From Chrysemys picta bellii (taxonomy: Eukaryota): a DNA stretch of 64,000 bases. The notes under the pieces were generated by a model. The model was not told where the DNA came from, made no database searches, and was given only the letters and a program-made list of their open reading frames with translations. This document shows, one piece after another, positions 1 through 18,824 of the stretch. Made by a program: the position numbers and the translations under genes. Numbering within the stretch: the stretch's first letter is position 1; each line of letters starts with the position of its first letter. The stretch is from NCBI RefSeq assembly GCF_011386835.1, contig NC_088806.1, forward strand, positions 29,078,001 to 29,142,000. The letters run 5' to 3'.

Positions 1-3000
1 TGTGAAATACACAATGCCCATGACCAATTGTTACTGGCTAAGTACCAATAAATCAGAGCTAGAAATCTTGTTAAGTATTTTATTTTTTGTTCTTCTCTTT
101 CTTGGATGCCTTAAAAATAGAACTAACCCAGAGATGTCCTTGTTAGGCATGAGGCTAACACAATGCAAACTTTTTAAAACCCTCAGATGCCCACAGTGAA
201 CATGTTGTTTGCTTGTGAGCAGACTGCCAGCTGTTCCAGGGACTGGGGTCCACAAACTCTGCCAGGACATCTCAGTCTCCACCCACAGCTACGCTTGCTT
301 CTCCAGTGCTCATCACCCAGAGCTCTGCTGCCCATACACCTCCCTCATACCAAGTGTGGCATTCATCACACAGTGCCTCAGCTTCACTAATTATATCCCC
401 GTCACCGTTTTTCCTCAACATGGATTTTGAAGCCCATTGTGCATCAAGGAAAATCTTGACACATTTCCCTGGCTGTAATTCACTTCACAGGCATGTCTCA
501 GGATGTGCCTTCTGCTTTCTGAACATTAGGAGGCATCAGTGTCTAGAGCTGATCTGAAAGCAGAGTCTATAGGCAGACAGACCTGGACAGTCTGTTTGTT
601 TGTTTGTTTGTTTTTTAAGACTGAGCTCCTCAGAGCAAGGATTGTGCCTTTCTAGGTGTCTGTGCAATGCCTAGTCCACTTGGCTGCTACTGTAATACCA
701 GTACAGATACTAACACTGCAAATGCTGGGTACCTATTAACCTAGCTAACCATGCATTCCCCTTAGGAGATGGTTGGGTTTTTTTGCTTTGGCTTTTGCTC
801 AGTGCCTTTCAGCCTGTATATTACTACAGCAGATCAGGCAAACCTGACCCGGTGATCCAGCAGGTGATGGAGCTGCAGGTCTTTTTGTCTTTGACTTTTC
901 CAAGGAAAGCACATTCCCGGCCCCACAGCCAGCGTTGACACCTTCCCTCTGGCTCCCAACATTCTACTACTAACAGTCTCTCAGGGCAGAGCAACCCGGG
1001 TGGGTCACAGATGATGAGGCAGTTCCTGAGTGAGCCTCTCAGATCCACCTTGGAAAAGAGCGTGTGTGTGTGTGTGTGTGTGGGGCGGTGATTGGGCACC
1101 ACTCCCACCCCAGGCTGGGGACACTGCTGTGCCTCAGTTCCCCTCCTTCTTAGCCCCCTGAGGAACTCACACACCCACCACAGGTGTTTCAGTATAATCC
1201 CCCCCCCTTGATTCCTGCTTTATTAATCCAGAAACAAACAAACCACAACCAGTTCACTTGGCTCACCTAAGCATAATCTGTTTTGTTGTCATCTTTGCAA
1301 TTTAAACATGAGTGTCACAATATTTGGTGTTTTCTTAAAGCCCCACCTGCTGAAGTGACCTGATGATGTGAGAATCTCAGCTTTCTTTTTTTGGAGGGGT
1401 GTGGGGAGGGGGTCAAGTAACTTTCTAGCCCTCATGGTTTTGGGGGGAAACCCTGAAAAACACAACCTGACTGTAACCAACAGGCTCAGCAAGCAAAGAA
1501 AAAGGACCCAGCATATATTATTATTATTTTCAAGTCCCTTGATTTTTAAGCCTATCATGATTTTTTGGGGCCTTGTGGTGCTTCCATGCTTGGGGATGGC
1601 CATACTGCTTTCCTTTGTCATTAGGGTTTCCCAAGAGAGTTCTGCTACCCTTCCCAGCAAGTCTCTCTTACGCCATTCACCTAGTTAGCTTTCCCACCTG
1701 GTTACCTTTCCCCAGAACTCTCAGAAACAGAGCGTGCGGGGCGGGCAGCCCCTTTTATAGCAGCCGTGCTTCCAGCCTGGACTCAGGTGATCCTAATCTC
1801 ACGCTCTTAGGCAGTCCTGTGCTCCCCCTGCTCAGGTTTTCACCAGCATCGGCTCACCCCACCCTTCAGCGGAAAACCAGGACAGTTAGAGATATGCCCA
1901 AGCTGCCTTCAAGGGCGAGCTCACCTTATGATGGGGCCACAGGGAGGAGATGGAACACAGAAGCCAATGTACACAGGGCAGCCCTAGAACAAATGGTGCC
2001 CCAGGTGAGGAGTGTCCTCAGCGCCCCCTCCCTGCCCACATTTGTTAAACTTTTGAATACCTTACAGCACCATGAGCTCAGCACCCTCCCAATCCCGGCA
2101 CCTGGGTCAACTGCCCCTAAATCTGGCTCTCAATGTATATACTCCTGTCAGATTGTCACTGCACCCCTGTCCCAGATTCCTGGCTTGTGAAGTGTCCTCA
2201 GAGCATCAGTCGAACCTGTTTATCCAAGAACGTAACACGAGGACGAGTCGGAGGTTAATCTAACTAACTGCAAATTACCCAAGAGAGTCAGGCAAGGGAA
2301 CGTGGCTTAGTGGCACGTAGTCCTAGTCCACTTTCTCTGAGATAAGATGAGGGGTTAAGTATCAAGTGCAAGAGCAATAAAAGTGTTTAGATACAAGCGA
2401 TGTCAGGGCAGTGCTTCGATAAACAACATATTTCAGTTGACCTCTTCCCTCCTGTGCAGCTGGGACACTGACCTGGTCGAGGCTGAAATGGAAGTGGTGC
2501 CTCTTCCGACATGAGACCAAAGTCCCTGAGGGCTCAGTTGACTTTGGTGGAGTTGCGCCACCAGCAGAGAATTTAGCACAATGCTCCTTCTACAGAGAGG
2601 CTCCTTTCCAGCCAAGCTGGACATACATGTATGTGGCTACCTGGGGCCTTTGTCTCAGTCATGGGGATTGCCGAAGGTCAGCGGTTCCCTTTGCCAGAAT
2701 GGGTTGAGTGCCACAGATTTTGGGTCAGTTCTCGCAGGGGAATTAGCCAGAAGAGTTTTAGGCCCAGATCCACAAAGGGACTTGGGCGTTGCAGCATTCG
2801 GCATCATGGCGCCTGACTTTTAGATGCCTAGAAAGTCACAGGAACAGCACAGCGATCCATCAATGCAATGAATAGGGAGAGACAGGCGTCTTTGAACGGG
2901 AGCCACCAACGCCCGAATGCTAAGCACGGAGCTGCCCAAGCTAGCCCAGGGGAAATGCTGATGACAGGACAGAATGTATGTAAGTGTACAACCAGCTCAC

Positions 3001-3351
3001 CACAATGTCCCCACCGCTCCCATGTACTGTTTGTTCCTGGTTTGACTGTGATACATTTGAGTATCTTGCAGCAGTGCCACCATCATGGGCTATGGTGGCA
3101 TCAGAACCTACAAGCAGAGCCATGCTGGGATGAACGGTACCTGTCCAGTAGCTAGAGAGGGGCAGGAGAGGATGCAGTTCCCTCTCTGCTGATAGCCAGG
3201 GCTCAGAGAGGAGCCAGAGTCCACAAGAAAGGCCATGGAATCCCACTTTTACTCACTGGCATCCCCCAAGAGAAGTACAGAGAAAAATCAGCCCAGGGGA
3301 GAAAAGAGTTCAAGGGTCATGAATGGTTGGGGAGACACTGGAGTTTGGGGC

Positions 3352-4286
3352 GGTGATGCTGTATGGAATATGGGTTTTTAATAATTTATAAAATTAACAG
3401 CAATATTACAAATTGGAATGAATCATGCAAGATATCTTGTGTAAGGTATCAGTGAACATGTTCTGATTTGCCAAGTCTAATAATCTTGTTTATGTTTGTA
3501 TTGCCTTTGTATTGTGAGTTAGAGATATGTAGGGTATACCTGTATTTCCAAACTTGTGCTGTGTTTCAGGGTGACACCACCCAGGCAGTTTGACATCAGC
3601 ATTGCCTAGCCTGTTTGATGGTCCATCAAGGATCATCGGCTGTACAATTGACTCATTGAGAGAAGGCAAGGGATACATCTTAGGAGTCAGCAAGGCATTT
3701 AGTAACTGGAGTAACTTTTCTACAAACAAAGCTCTAAACAAAGTACTGAAAGACCCATCCAAGCTGTGGATGTGTTCCACAGGGACTTCCAAGCCAGCAA
3801 ACTCACCATTACTCCTAAGAACATGATATATGGACTTGGAAGTTTATATGTGTTTGAGTGCTTTATCATTTAACAACTCTTTATAATAAACCTTTAGTTT
3901 TAGACACTAAAGGATTGGCTGGCAGCATGGTATTTTGGGTAGGATCTAAACTAATATTGACCTGGTAATATGGCTGACCCTATGGGGTCAGAAGAACATT
4001 TGGTATATGTGAGCAGAGTTTTTAAATGACTTCTCCCTGTACTGGACCTAGGTGCTGATTGGGAACCAGAAAACTGGAATGGAATTAGGAGACTGGGGGG
4101 GGGATTTCTTTTTTTTTTTTAACTTCTTGATAACCAGCGTGGGAGATCAGAAGTACGAACTGTGACTGGTTGGTGAGTTTAATTTCAGTGTTAACCACTA
4201 GTTTGGGAAGTATCTGCTCTCCCTTCTGCAGCCTGGCCTGACCTTGGCATTTTCAGTGAGGGCAGCCCCGGGCACCCCGGGTCACA
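3352..4286 (+). mobile_element. Putative solo LTR directly upstream of type A exon 1 (also 33354-34274, 47088-48022, 60293-61221, inverted 26267-~27177)
   Basis: In unit 3 the termini are TGTGAC...GTCACA; near-duplicated 5-bp flanks ggggc/ggggt; internal AATAAA near 3885; ~930 bp long. Confidence 0.6.
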
Positions 4287-4423
4287 GGGGTGTGTGAGGG
4301 AATTATGAAGAAAGCCTGTAATCTGATATTTGGACAAAAGAAGGTGGAGCCATGGCCGGGAAGAGCTGAGGAATCCCATATTAACCCAGATCGAGAACAG
4401 CCAGGCAGTTGAAGGTCTGCAAA

Positions 4424-7809
<3,386 letters not shown>

Positions 7810-8737
7810 AGAGAAAATACATCAGCCCAAGGCAAGTAGAGAGGCAGAATAGAGTAGCTGTAGATGCTGGTAGACCTGAAGATCAATGTGCTCTGTGGAG
7901 CTTTGATGACCTCCAAGAACTTTGGAGAACCTGTTTGTTTAGGATGCACTAGCTTGAACCCCTTGTTGTGCCACTAAAACTGCCCTCATCCCCGTTCTTT
8001 CCCACTCAGAGCTGCCATAACGTCTCCCTGGCCTCCAATCACTCCACTTTGCTTCATCCAGTGTAGCTGCACCGCACTGGGCTTCATCCTCTCCCTGCTC
8101 TTGCCATGTTTTGCCTCGGCCATACTGCAGCTGTGCAGCTAATAATAATTACATAATGAATCATATAAATCTCTTCTCACTGCTAATGGACTGGAGCCTG
8201 CTCCCAGTAGTCAGGGGCAAAACTCCCATTGGCTTCAGTGGTGCAGGACTGGGCCCAATCAGTGCTGGGTTTGGAATCATTGGTGGATGGGGTTTAGAAA
8301 GAGGATCAAAACACATCTACAGGCCCAACCACCCCAGACATTTAGGAACAGAGGTTCTGCCACTGAGCTGCCTCTAGATACAAATTCTGCAAATAGCTCC
8401 ATTTGATAATGGGTTGACCTACTCCTTTCTTACCTCAAATTTTGCAACTCGCTCCCATGTCACGTGTTTAGCTTTGTGCCTTTCTATGCATCTGCATTAG
8501 ACTGTAAACTCCTTGGGGCAGCCATCCTGCCTATGTGGGAGTCTTGTCTCCCGGCATTGAGAGCATGGCTCACACTGTACACATCGTCCTCAATACTGGC
8601 TTTAACCTCGCTGTGATTTTAACATTGATCCGTTTGAACTGATTGGCTGGGGCCTGACAGCTGCATTGGGCCATGGTGTTGGTTGAATGATTTGTTTCGG
8701 TGAATAATTGTAATCTCCACCCAATCGGTGCTTACCT

Positions 8738-8743
8738 AATAAA
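8738..8743 (+). promoter_or_regulatory. Candidate polyadenylation signal of type A
   Basis: AATAAA ~930 nt after the A1 stop; the cctaataaagatct context is kept after A2, A3 and A4. Confidence 0.45.
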
Positions 8744-8842
8744 GATCTGTTTCCCATATACAATAATCTGTGGTTCCTGGTCTTACTATTACCTTTGCAG
8801 AAGGAGATTTACAGGTTAATATATTTGGATTTAAACTATATC

Positions 8843-9028
8843 ACTATGTCTACACAGGGATAAAAAACCTGAGGCTGGCCCAGGTCAGCTGACCAGGGCT
8901 CGTGGGGATTGGATTCTGGGGCTGAAAAATTGCTGCATAGACATTTGGGCTTGGACTGGAGCCCGAGCTCTGGAACCAGAGCAGCCATGGCCGTGCCGCA
9001 GGTCTTTTATCCCTGTGTAGACAGACCC
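8843..9028. mobile_element. Harbinger-like MITE between A and B (also ~16967-17153, ~22022-22208, ~39783-39968, ~52657-52842)
   Basis: Inverted termini tgtctacacagggataaaa / ttttatccctgtgtagaca. Confidence 0.7.
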
Positions 9029-9724
9029 TGAGTCAGTCCTCTCTTCTCTTAAGGGACACAAGTGAAAGGATCTAAATTCTCTCCTGAAAACCCTCTAAAG
9101 CAGAGTCTCAATGCTGAATGTAAAAGGAAAGTTGAGTGAAATACCACTACACTTTTTCGCTCCCCAAAAGGGGACAATCACAGCCAATGTACACCGCCCA
9201 CCGCTGCAGAATACAGCTAAAACAGATGCAAAGATGTTGCAGATACCATTACTGCGCATTTGGCAGATGCATTCTTGGGGATCCATCACGCATCACCAAA
9301 AATGATAGCAGCGGCTCCGTGGGAGCCTGTAGTCTGTGACAGGACCTTGGCCTAATCTCAGAGCCCTCTCACTATGCAAGTATCTGCTTTTGAGCTCTAG
9401 AAGGGCAGAGGCTGGCCTAATGCTATGAACTATTTATAGAACTTGATATCAGCTTCCAGCCTGGGATTCCCTTCGGGACCTGTAATCTGCCCTGGAGTTG
9501 TGAAAAGCAAATGAGAGTAAGAAAAAAAGTTTTTAAGCAACACCAAGTTGTACATCTAACGTTAAAGGCCGTAGGGGCTGAGTTCCACAGCTGCACTCTT
9601 CTTGCAGACCCATGAAAGTGTTAAAAGGCAGCGTTCAGAGAGTGCGTCACTAGGGGCAGCTCACTGTGGGTAGGGGACCCTAGGAAAACCAGCACAGTTT
9701 ATGTGCAGACTCAGAGCGAGCACC

Positions 9725-12518
<2,794 letters not shown>

Positions 12519-12687
12519 ATCCTTTGGGGAGTACGGGTAAAGGACCCCCCCCAAAGTAAGGGAGATAATATTACTAATAAACATACCAATGAAATGAATG
12601 CAGTATTTTCTCCAGCAATGTTAACTACATTAACCCTTTGTTGTGAAATACACAATGCCCATGACCAATTGTTACTGGCTAAGTACC

Positions 12688-12693
12688 AATAAA
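12688..12693 (+). promoter_or_regulatory. Candidate polyadenylation signal of type B (also 47-52, 43628-43633, 56513-56518)
   Basis: AATAAA ~170 nt after the B stop in every unit that follows an intact B. The copy at 47-52 implies another B gene just left of the window. Confidence 0.55.
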
Positions 12694-13710
12694 TCAGAGC
12701 TAGAAATCTTGTTAAGTATTTTATTTTTTGTTCTTCTCTTTCTTGGATGCCTTAAAAATAGAACTAACCCAGAGATGTCCTTGTTAGGCATGAGGCTAAC
12801 ACAATGCAAACTTTTTAAAACCCTCAGATGCCCACAGTGAACATGTTGTTTGCTTGTGAGCAGACTGCCAGCTGTTCCAGGGACTGGGGTCCACAAACTC
12901 TGCCAGGACATCTCAGTCTCCACCCACAGCTACGCTTGCTTCTCCAGTGCTCATCACCCAGAGCTCTGCTGCCCATACACCTCCCTCATACCAAGTGTGG
13001 CATTCATCACACAGTGCCTCAGCTTCACTAATTATATCCCCGTCACTGTTTTTCCTCAACATGGATTTTGAAGCCCATTGTGCATCAAGGAAAATCTTGA
13101 CATTTCTCCCCCATCGCCTGTAATTCACTTCACAGGCATGTCTCAGGATGTGCCTTCTGCTTTCTGAACGTTAGGAGGCATCAGTGTCTAGAGCTGATCT
13201 GAAAGCAGAGTCTATAGGCAGACAGACCTGGACAGTCTGTTTGTTTGATTTTTTTTTTTTTTTTTTTTTTTTTAAGACTGAGCTCCTCAGAGCAAGGATT
13301 GTGCCTTTCTAGGTGTCTGTGCAATGCCTAGTCCACTTGGCTGCTACTGTAATACCAGTACAGATACTAACACTGCAAATGCTGGGTACCTATTAACCTA
13401 GCTAACCATGCATTCCCCTTAGGAGATGGTTGGGTTTTTTTGCTTTGGCTTTTGCTCAGTGCCTTTCAGCCTGTATATTACTACAGCAGATCAGGCAAAC
13501 CTGACCCGGTGATCCAGCAGGTGATGGAGCTGCAGGTCTTTTTGTCTTTGACTTTTCCAAGGAAAGCACATTCCCGGCCCCACAGCCAGCGTTGACACCT
13601 TCCCTCTGGCTCCCAACATTCTACTACTAACAGTCTCTCAGGGCAGAGCAACCCGGGTGGGTCACAGATGATGAGGCAGTTCCTCAGCGAGCCTCTCAGA
13701 TCCACCTTGG

Positions 13711-13717
<7 letters not shown>

Positions 13718-13768
<51 letters not shown>

Positions 13769-13770
13769 GT
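13718..13770 (+). repeat. (TG)n microsatellite (variable-length homologues at ~1063, ~18790, ~44800, ~57537)
   Basis: Direct inspection. Confidence 0.95.
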
Positions 13771-16700
13771 GGGGAGGGGAGTGGCAGGGGTGATTGGGCA
13801 CCACTCCCACCCCAGTCTGGGAGCACTGCTGTGCCTCAGTTCCCCTCCTTCTTTGCCCCCTGAGGCACTCACACACCCACCACAGGTGATTCAATTTAAT
13901 CCCCCCCCCTTGATTCCTGCTTTATTGAGCCAGAAATAAAAAAAACAAAACCAGTTCACTTGGCTCACCTAAGCATAATCTGTTTTGTTGTCATCTTTGC
14001 AATTTAAACATGAGTGTCACAATATTTGGTGTTTTCTTAAAGCTCCACCTGCTGGAGTCACCTGATGATGTGAGAATCTCAGCTTTCTTTCTTTGGAGGG
14101 GTGTGGGGAGGGGGGGCAAGTAACTTTCTAGCCCTCCTGGTTTTGGGGGGAAACATGACTTGACTGTACCCAACAGGCTCAGCAAGAAAAAAAAAGGACC
14201 CAGCATATATTATTATTATTTTCAATTCCCTAGATTTTTAAACCGATCATGATTTTTTGGGGCCTTGTGGTGCGTCCATGCTTGGGGTTGTCCATACTGC
14301 TTTCCCTTGCCATTAGGGTTTCCCAGGAGAGTCCTGCTACACTTCTTAGCAAGTCTCTCTTACACCATTCACCTAGTTAGTGTGTAAACTTTCCCACCTG
14401 GTTCTCTTTCCCCAGCGCTCTCAGAAACAGAGAGTGCAGGGCGGGCAGCCCCTTTTCTAGCAGACGTGCTTCCAGCCTGGACTCAGGTGATCCTAATCTC
14501 ACGCTCTTAGCGAGTCCTGTGCTCCCCCTGCTCAGGTTTTCAGCAGCATTGGCTCACCCCACCCTTCAGCGGAAAACCAGGACAGTTAGAGATAAGCCCA
14601 AGCTGCCTTCAAGGGCGAGCTCACCTTATGATGGGGCCACAGGGAGGAGATGAAACACAGAAGCCAATGTACACAGGGCAGCCCTAGAACAAATGGTGCC
14701 CCAGGTGAGGAGTGTCCTCAGCGCCCCCTCCCACCCACATTAGTTAAACTTTTGAATACCTTACAGCACCCTGAGCTCGGCACCCTCCCAATCCCGGCAC
14801 CTGGGTCAACTGCCCCTAAATCTGGCTCTGAATGTATGTACTCCTGTCAGATTGTCACCTGCACCTCTGACCAAGATCCCTGGCTGGTGAAGTGCCCTCA
14901 GAGCATCACTTGAACCTGTTTATCCAAGAATGTAACACGAGGACGAGTCGGAGGTTAAACTAACTAACTGCAAATTACCCAAGAGAGTCAGGCAAGGGAA
15001 CGTGGCTTAGTGGCACGTAGTCCTAGTCCACTTTCTCTGAGGAAAAATGAGGGGGTTAAGTAACAAGTGCAAGAGCAATAAAACCATTTAGATACAAGCG
15101 ATGTCAGGGCAGTGCTTCGATAAACAACTTATTTCAGTTGACCTCTTCCCTCCTGTGCAGCTGGGACGCTGACCTGGTCGAGGCTAAAATGGAAGCGGTG
15201 CCTCTTCGGACATGAGGCCAAAGTCCCTGAGAGCTCAGTTGACTGCGGTGGAGTTACGCCACCAGCAGAGAATTTAGCCCAATGCTCCTTCTACAGAGAG
15301 GCTCCTTTCAAGCCAAGCTGGACATACATGTATGTGGCTACCTGGGGCCTTTGTCTCAGTCATGGGGATTGCTGCAGGTCAGCAGTTCCCTTTGCCAGAA
15401 TGGGTTGAGTGCAACAGATTTTGGGGCAGTTCTCGCAGGGGAATTAGCCAGAAGAGTTTTAGGCCCGGATCCACAAAGGGACTTGAGCGTTGCAGCATTC
15501 GGCATCATGGCGCCTAACCTTTAGATGCCTAGAAAGTCACAGGAACAACACGGCGATCCACCAATGCAATGAATAGGGAGAGACAGGCACCTTTGAATGG
15601 GAGCCACCAACTCCCGAATGTTAAGCACGGAGCTGCCAAGCTAGCCCAGTGGAGATGCTGATGACAAGGTGGTGTGCCGTGCCCCAACACCTCCCCCAGT
15701 GTTGATCACTGGACTCTGAGAGGCCCCAGTTTTATGCTTCCCCTCATACTCTCCCATTGACTTTGGATGGCCTGCCTGACTCGTGGGCACAGTCATGTTG
15801 TCACTGCAGAAACTGGAGTTGCTGGCCATTTTTCTGGAGGACAATGCTACACTCAGTGCAGCTGTGCTGACAGGCTCTGTTAACAAGAATGACTGACACA
15901 TTCCATCCTTCCACCTGGGTGAAAGGTAACTAAGAAAATCTTCTCTGATAAAAGATAAATCCAGGTCTGCAATCATGTTTCAGTTAAAATATCTCCAGCT
16001 ATAATGTAGCATTGGTGTAGACAACACAGAGCAAAACACAGCAGAGATTCACCATCTAAGAATAGCTAATAGCCTGGTGGTTTGGGCAATCAGCGGGGGT
16101 GTGGGAGAAGTTTATGTCAGTGCTTTAAATAAGGCAGAGCAGGACCTTGAACCTGGTTTTTCCAGGTGAATGCCTTACCCCTCAGGATACTGGCAAGTCT
16201 GGCTTGGTCCTTCATTACTGCTAGTTATTTGAGAAAAACTTGAAAAGTCTCAGGTCCCTCGCAATGAGGAACAGGAACATTTCTGAAATGTTGTAAGTTT
16301 GGCCATGACAGGAAAGCATTTCTCAGCCATCTCTATTCACTATCTCCTGCCTATGTCTGGTAGCTTAACGGGGAGATAAACTTATATAAACTAAATGGGG
16401 GAATAAACATTATATCTTACACAATGGATCTGTGTCCTGCCTTTTGATCCTGTTGGATACCAGTAGTCCTTCTGGTTGACACTTTAACCTCTTATTACAC
16501 ATGCAAATTGCATTCTTCATGTATCCATTGGGGAGTTTCATTCTTCACACCAAGATAGATTCTTGTAGAACCCACAGGAAGCAGAAAAGTATTTGTTGGT
16601 GGAAGAGAGGGGGAATGAAATATACCTGAGTTGGTGTTTAAGGGGAAGCTTCAGGGGCATTGGGGCAGAGTACGTGAGCAAGCTACAGGGTCTCACTGAG

Positions 16701-17661
16701 CCACTGTTATCATTTTTGGTGATACGTGATCCCCAAGAATGCATCTGCCAAATGCACAGTAATGGTATCTGTTACAGCTGTATTCTGCAGCGGTGGGAGG
16801 TGTACATTGGCTGTGATTTTCCCCTATTAGGAGGAGAAAAAGTGTAGTGGTATTTCACTCAACTTTCCTTTTACATTCAGCATTGAGACTCTGCTTTAGA
16901 GGGTTTTCAGGAGAGAATTTAGATCCTTTCACTTGTGTCCCCTTAAGAGAAGAGAGGACTGACTCAGGGTCTGTCTACACAGGGATAAAAGACCTGCAGC
17001 ATGGCTGTGGCTGCTCTGGTTCCAGAGCTCGGGCTCCAGTCCAAGCCCAAATGTCTATGCAGCAATTTTTCAGCCCCGGAAACCAATCCCTACGAGACCT
17101 GGTCAACTGACCTGGGCCAGCCTCAGGATTTTTATCCCTGAGTAGACATAGAGCTATAGTTTAAATCCAGATGTATTAACCTGTAAATCTCCTTCTGCAA
17201 AGTTAATAATAAGACCTGGAACCACAGATAATTGCATATGGGAAACAGATCTTTATTAGGCAAGCACCGATTGGGTGGAGATTACAATTATTCACCAAGA
17301 CAAATCATTCATTCAACACCATGGCCCAATGCAGCTGTCAGGCCCCAGCCAATCAGTTCAAACGGATCAATGTTGAAATCACAGCGAGGTTATAGCCAGT
17401 ATTGAGGACGATGTGTAAAGTGTGAGCCATGTTCTCAATGTCGGGAGACGTTATGGCAGCTCTGAGTGGGAAAGGACCGGGATGAGGGCAGTTTTAGTGG
17501 CACAACAAGGGGTTCAAGCTAGTGCATCCTGAACAAACTGGTTCTCCAAGGTGCTTGGAGGTCATCAAAGATCCACAGCGCACATTGAGCTTCAGGCCTA
17601 CCAGCATCTACAGCTAATCTATTCTGCCTCTCTACTTCCCTTGGGCTGATGTATTTTCTCT

Positions 17662-18097
17662 TTAATCTTCTTTGCCCTTCCCTTTGGAAGCAACTAGGTA
17701 AGAGATCTCCTCATGCTCTACCAAACTATCTGGATAGCATATGGGAGTCACCTCAAACTTCAAAATATCATAACCAGCCTCCTTCACTGCTTCCTCCAGA
17801 ACCTCCTTCTCCAGAAAGAGGCAGGGAAACTTGTGTTGGCCAACTACAAAATGACTACACTTCATTCCGTTCACCATCAGCAAGTGACCCCCTGGCTTTA
17901 ACAGGGAGCTGACATTCTTCAGTGCAGCACGGTAGGTACTCAGGTCATTGCAAATTCCTACTAAACAATGGCACATGAGCAGGCAGTCAGCAGGGGGCAG
18001 AGAGGCAAAAGTCAGAGGGTTGAATTTGGTGACATCACATTCCAGAACCTGCTTGACCGTTCTTCGTAACTTCTCTTCCTTCTCAGCCCACTTGTTC
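17662..18097 (-). pseudogene. Orphan type A exon 3 (complete 436 nt); exons 1-2 absent
   Basis: Exon 3 with intact acceptor. The upstream intron 2 homology stops at ~18330 at a poly-T junction that restarts the ~5.06 kb duplicate. Confidence 0.85.
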
Positions 18098-18782
18098 CTG
18101 GAAAGATAAATATAACACTGAAGAGAAATGTGCTACTGTTGTGCCAAAGAGCCCGTCATATCCAGGACCAATGCACAGTCAATATATCTGCAATCGGCTC
18201 AGTGGATGAGAGTTACATAATCACATGAAATCTCTGTTGGGTGCAATTCACCTGCTTAAGGCCAGATTTTCAGAAGAGCTCTGCTCTCATTTATCCAGAG
18301 TTGGTCACACTTTATATGAAGCTCCCATTTTTTTTTTTTTTTTTTAAGACTGAGCTCCTCAGAGCAAGGATTGTGCCTTTCTAGGTGTCTGTGCAATGCC
18401 TAGTCCACTTGGCTGCTACTGTAATACCAGTACAGATACTAACACTGCAAATGCTGGGTACCTATTAACCTAGCTAACCATGCATTCCCCTTAGGAGATG
18501 GTTGGGTTTTTTTGCTTTGGCTTTTGCTCAGTGCCTTTCAGCCTGTATATTACTACAGCAGATCAGGCAAACCTGACCCGGTGATCCAGCAGGTGATGGA
18601 GCTGCAGGTCTTTTTGTCTTTGACTTTTCCAAGGAAAGCACATTCCCGGCCCCACAGCCAGCGTTGACACCTTCCCTCTGGCTCCCAACATTCTACTACT
18701 AACAGTCTCTCAGGGCAGAGCAACCCGGGTGGGTCACAGATGATGAGGCAGTTCCTCAGCGAGCCTCTCAGATCCACCTTGG

Positions 18783-18824
<42 letters not shown>

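Noticed and set aside
1289-1688. Recurrent 120-180 aa ORFs on both strands (MLGRVAELSW..., also 31287-31835)
   Set aside because: The recurrence reflects recent unit duplication; the frames are broken in units 2, 4 and 5, and the sequence is low-complexity.
2225-2360. CpG-containing segment (gaacgtaacacgaggacgagtcgg...gtggcttagtggcacgtag) considered as a tRNA or SINE head
   Set aside because: No cloverleaf or clear B-box could be built; its conservation across units is explained by duplication.
2581-2823. 80-aa ORF MLLLQRGSFPAKLD... kept in units 1, 2 and 5
   Set aside because: It is deleted in units 3 and 4, overlaps repeat-like sequence, and shows no recognisable domain or splice context.
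4409-4423. N-terminal extensions given by the ORF track (MKVCK..., MNVCKLRDK..., MESILYC..., MHSKPDG...)
   Set aside because: They start at TTG/GTG codons or lie in introns; the true boundaries follow the ATG and the AG acceptors that give the family exon sizes.
15641-15976. 111-aa minus-strand ORF in the unique segment (duplicate at 20696-21031)
   Set aside because: It lies in sequence homologous to A intron 1 and crosses a rearrangement junction; there is no similarity to a methyltransferase exon.
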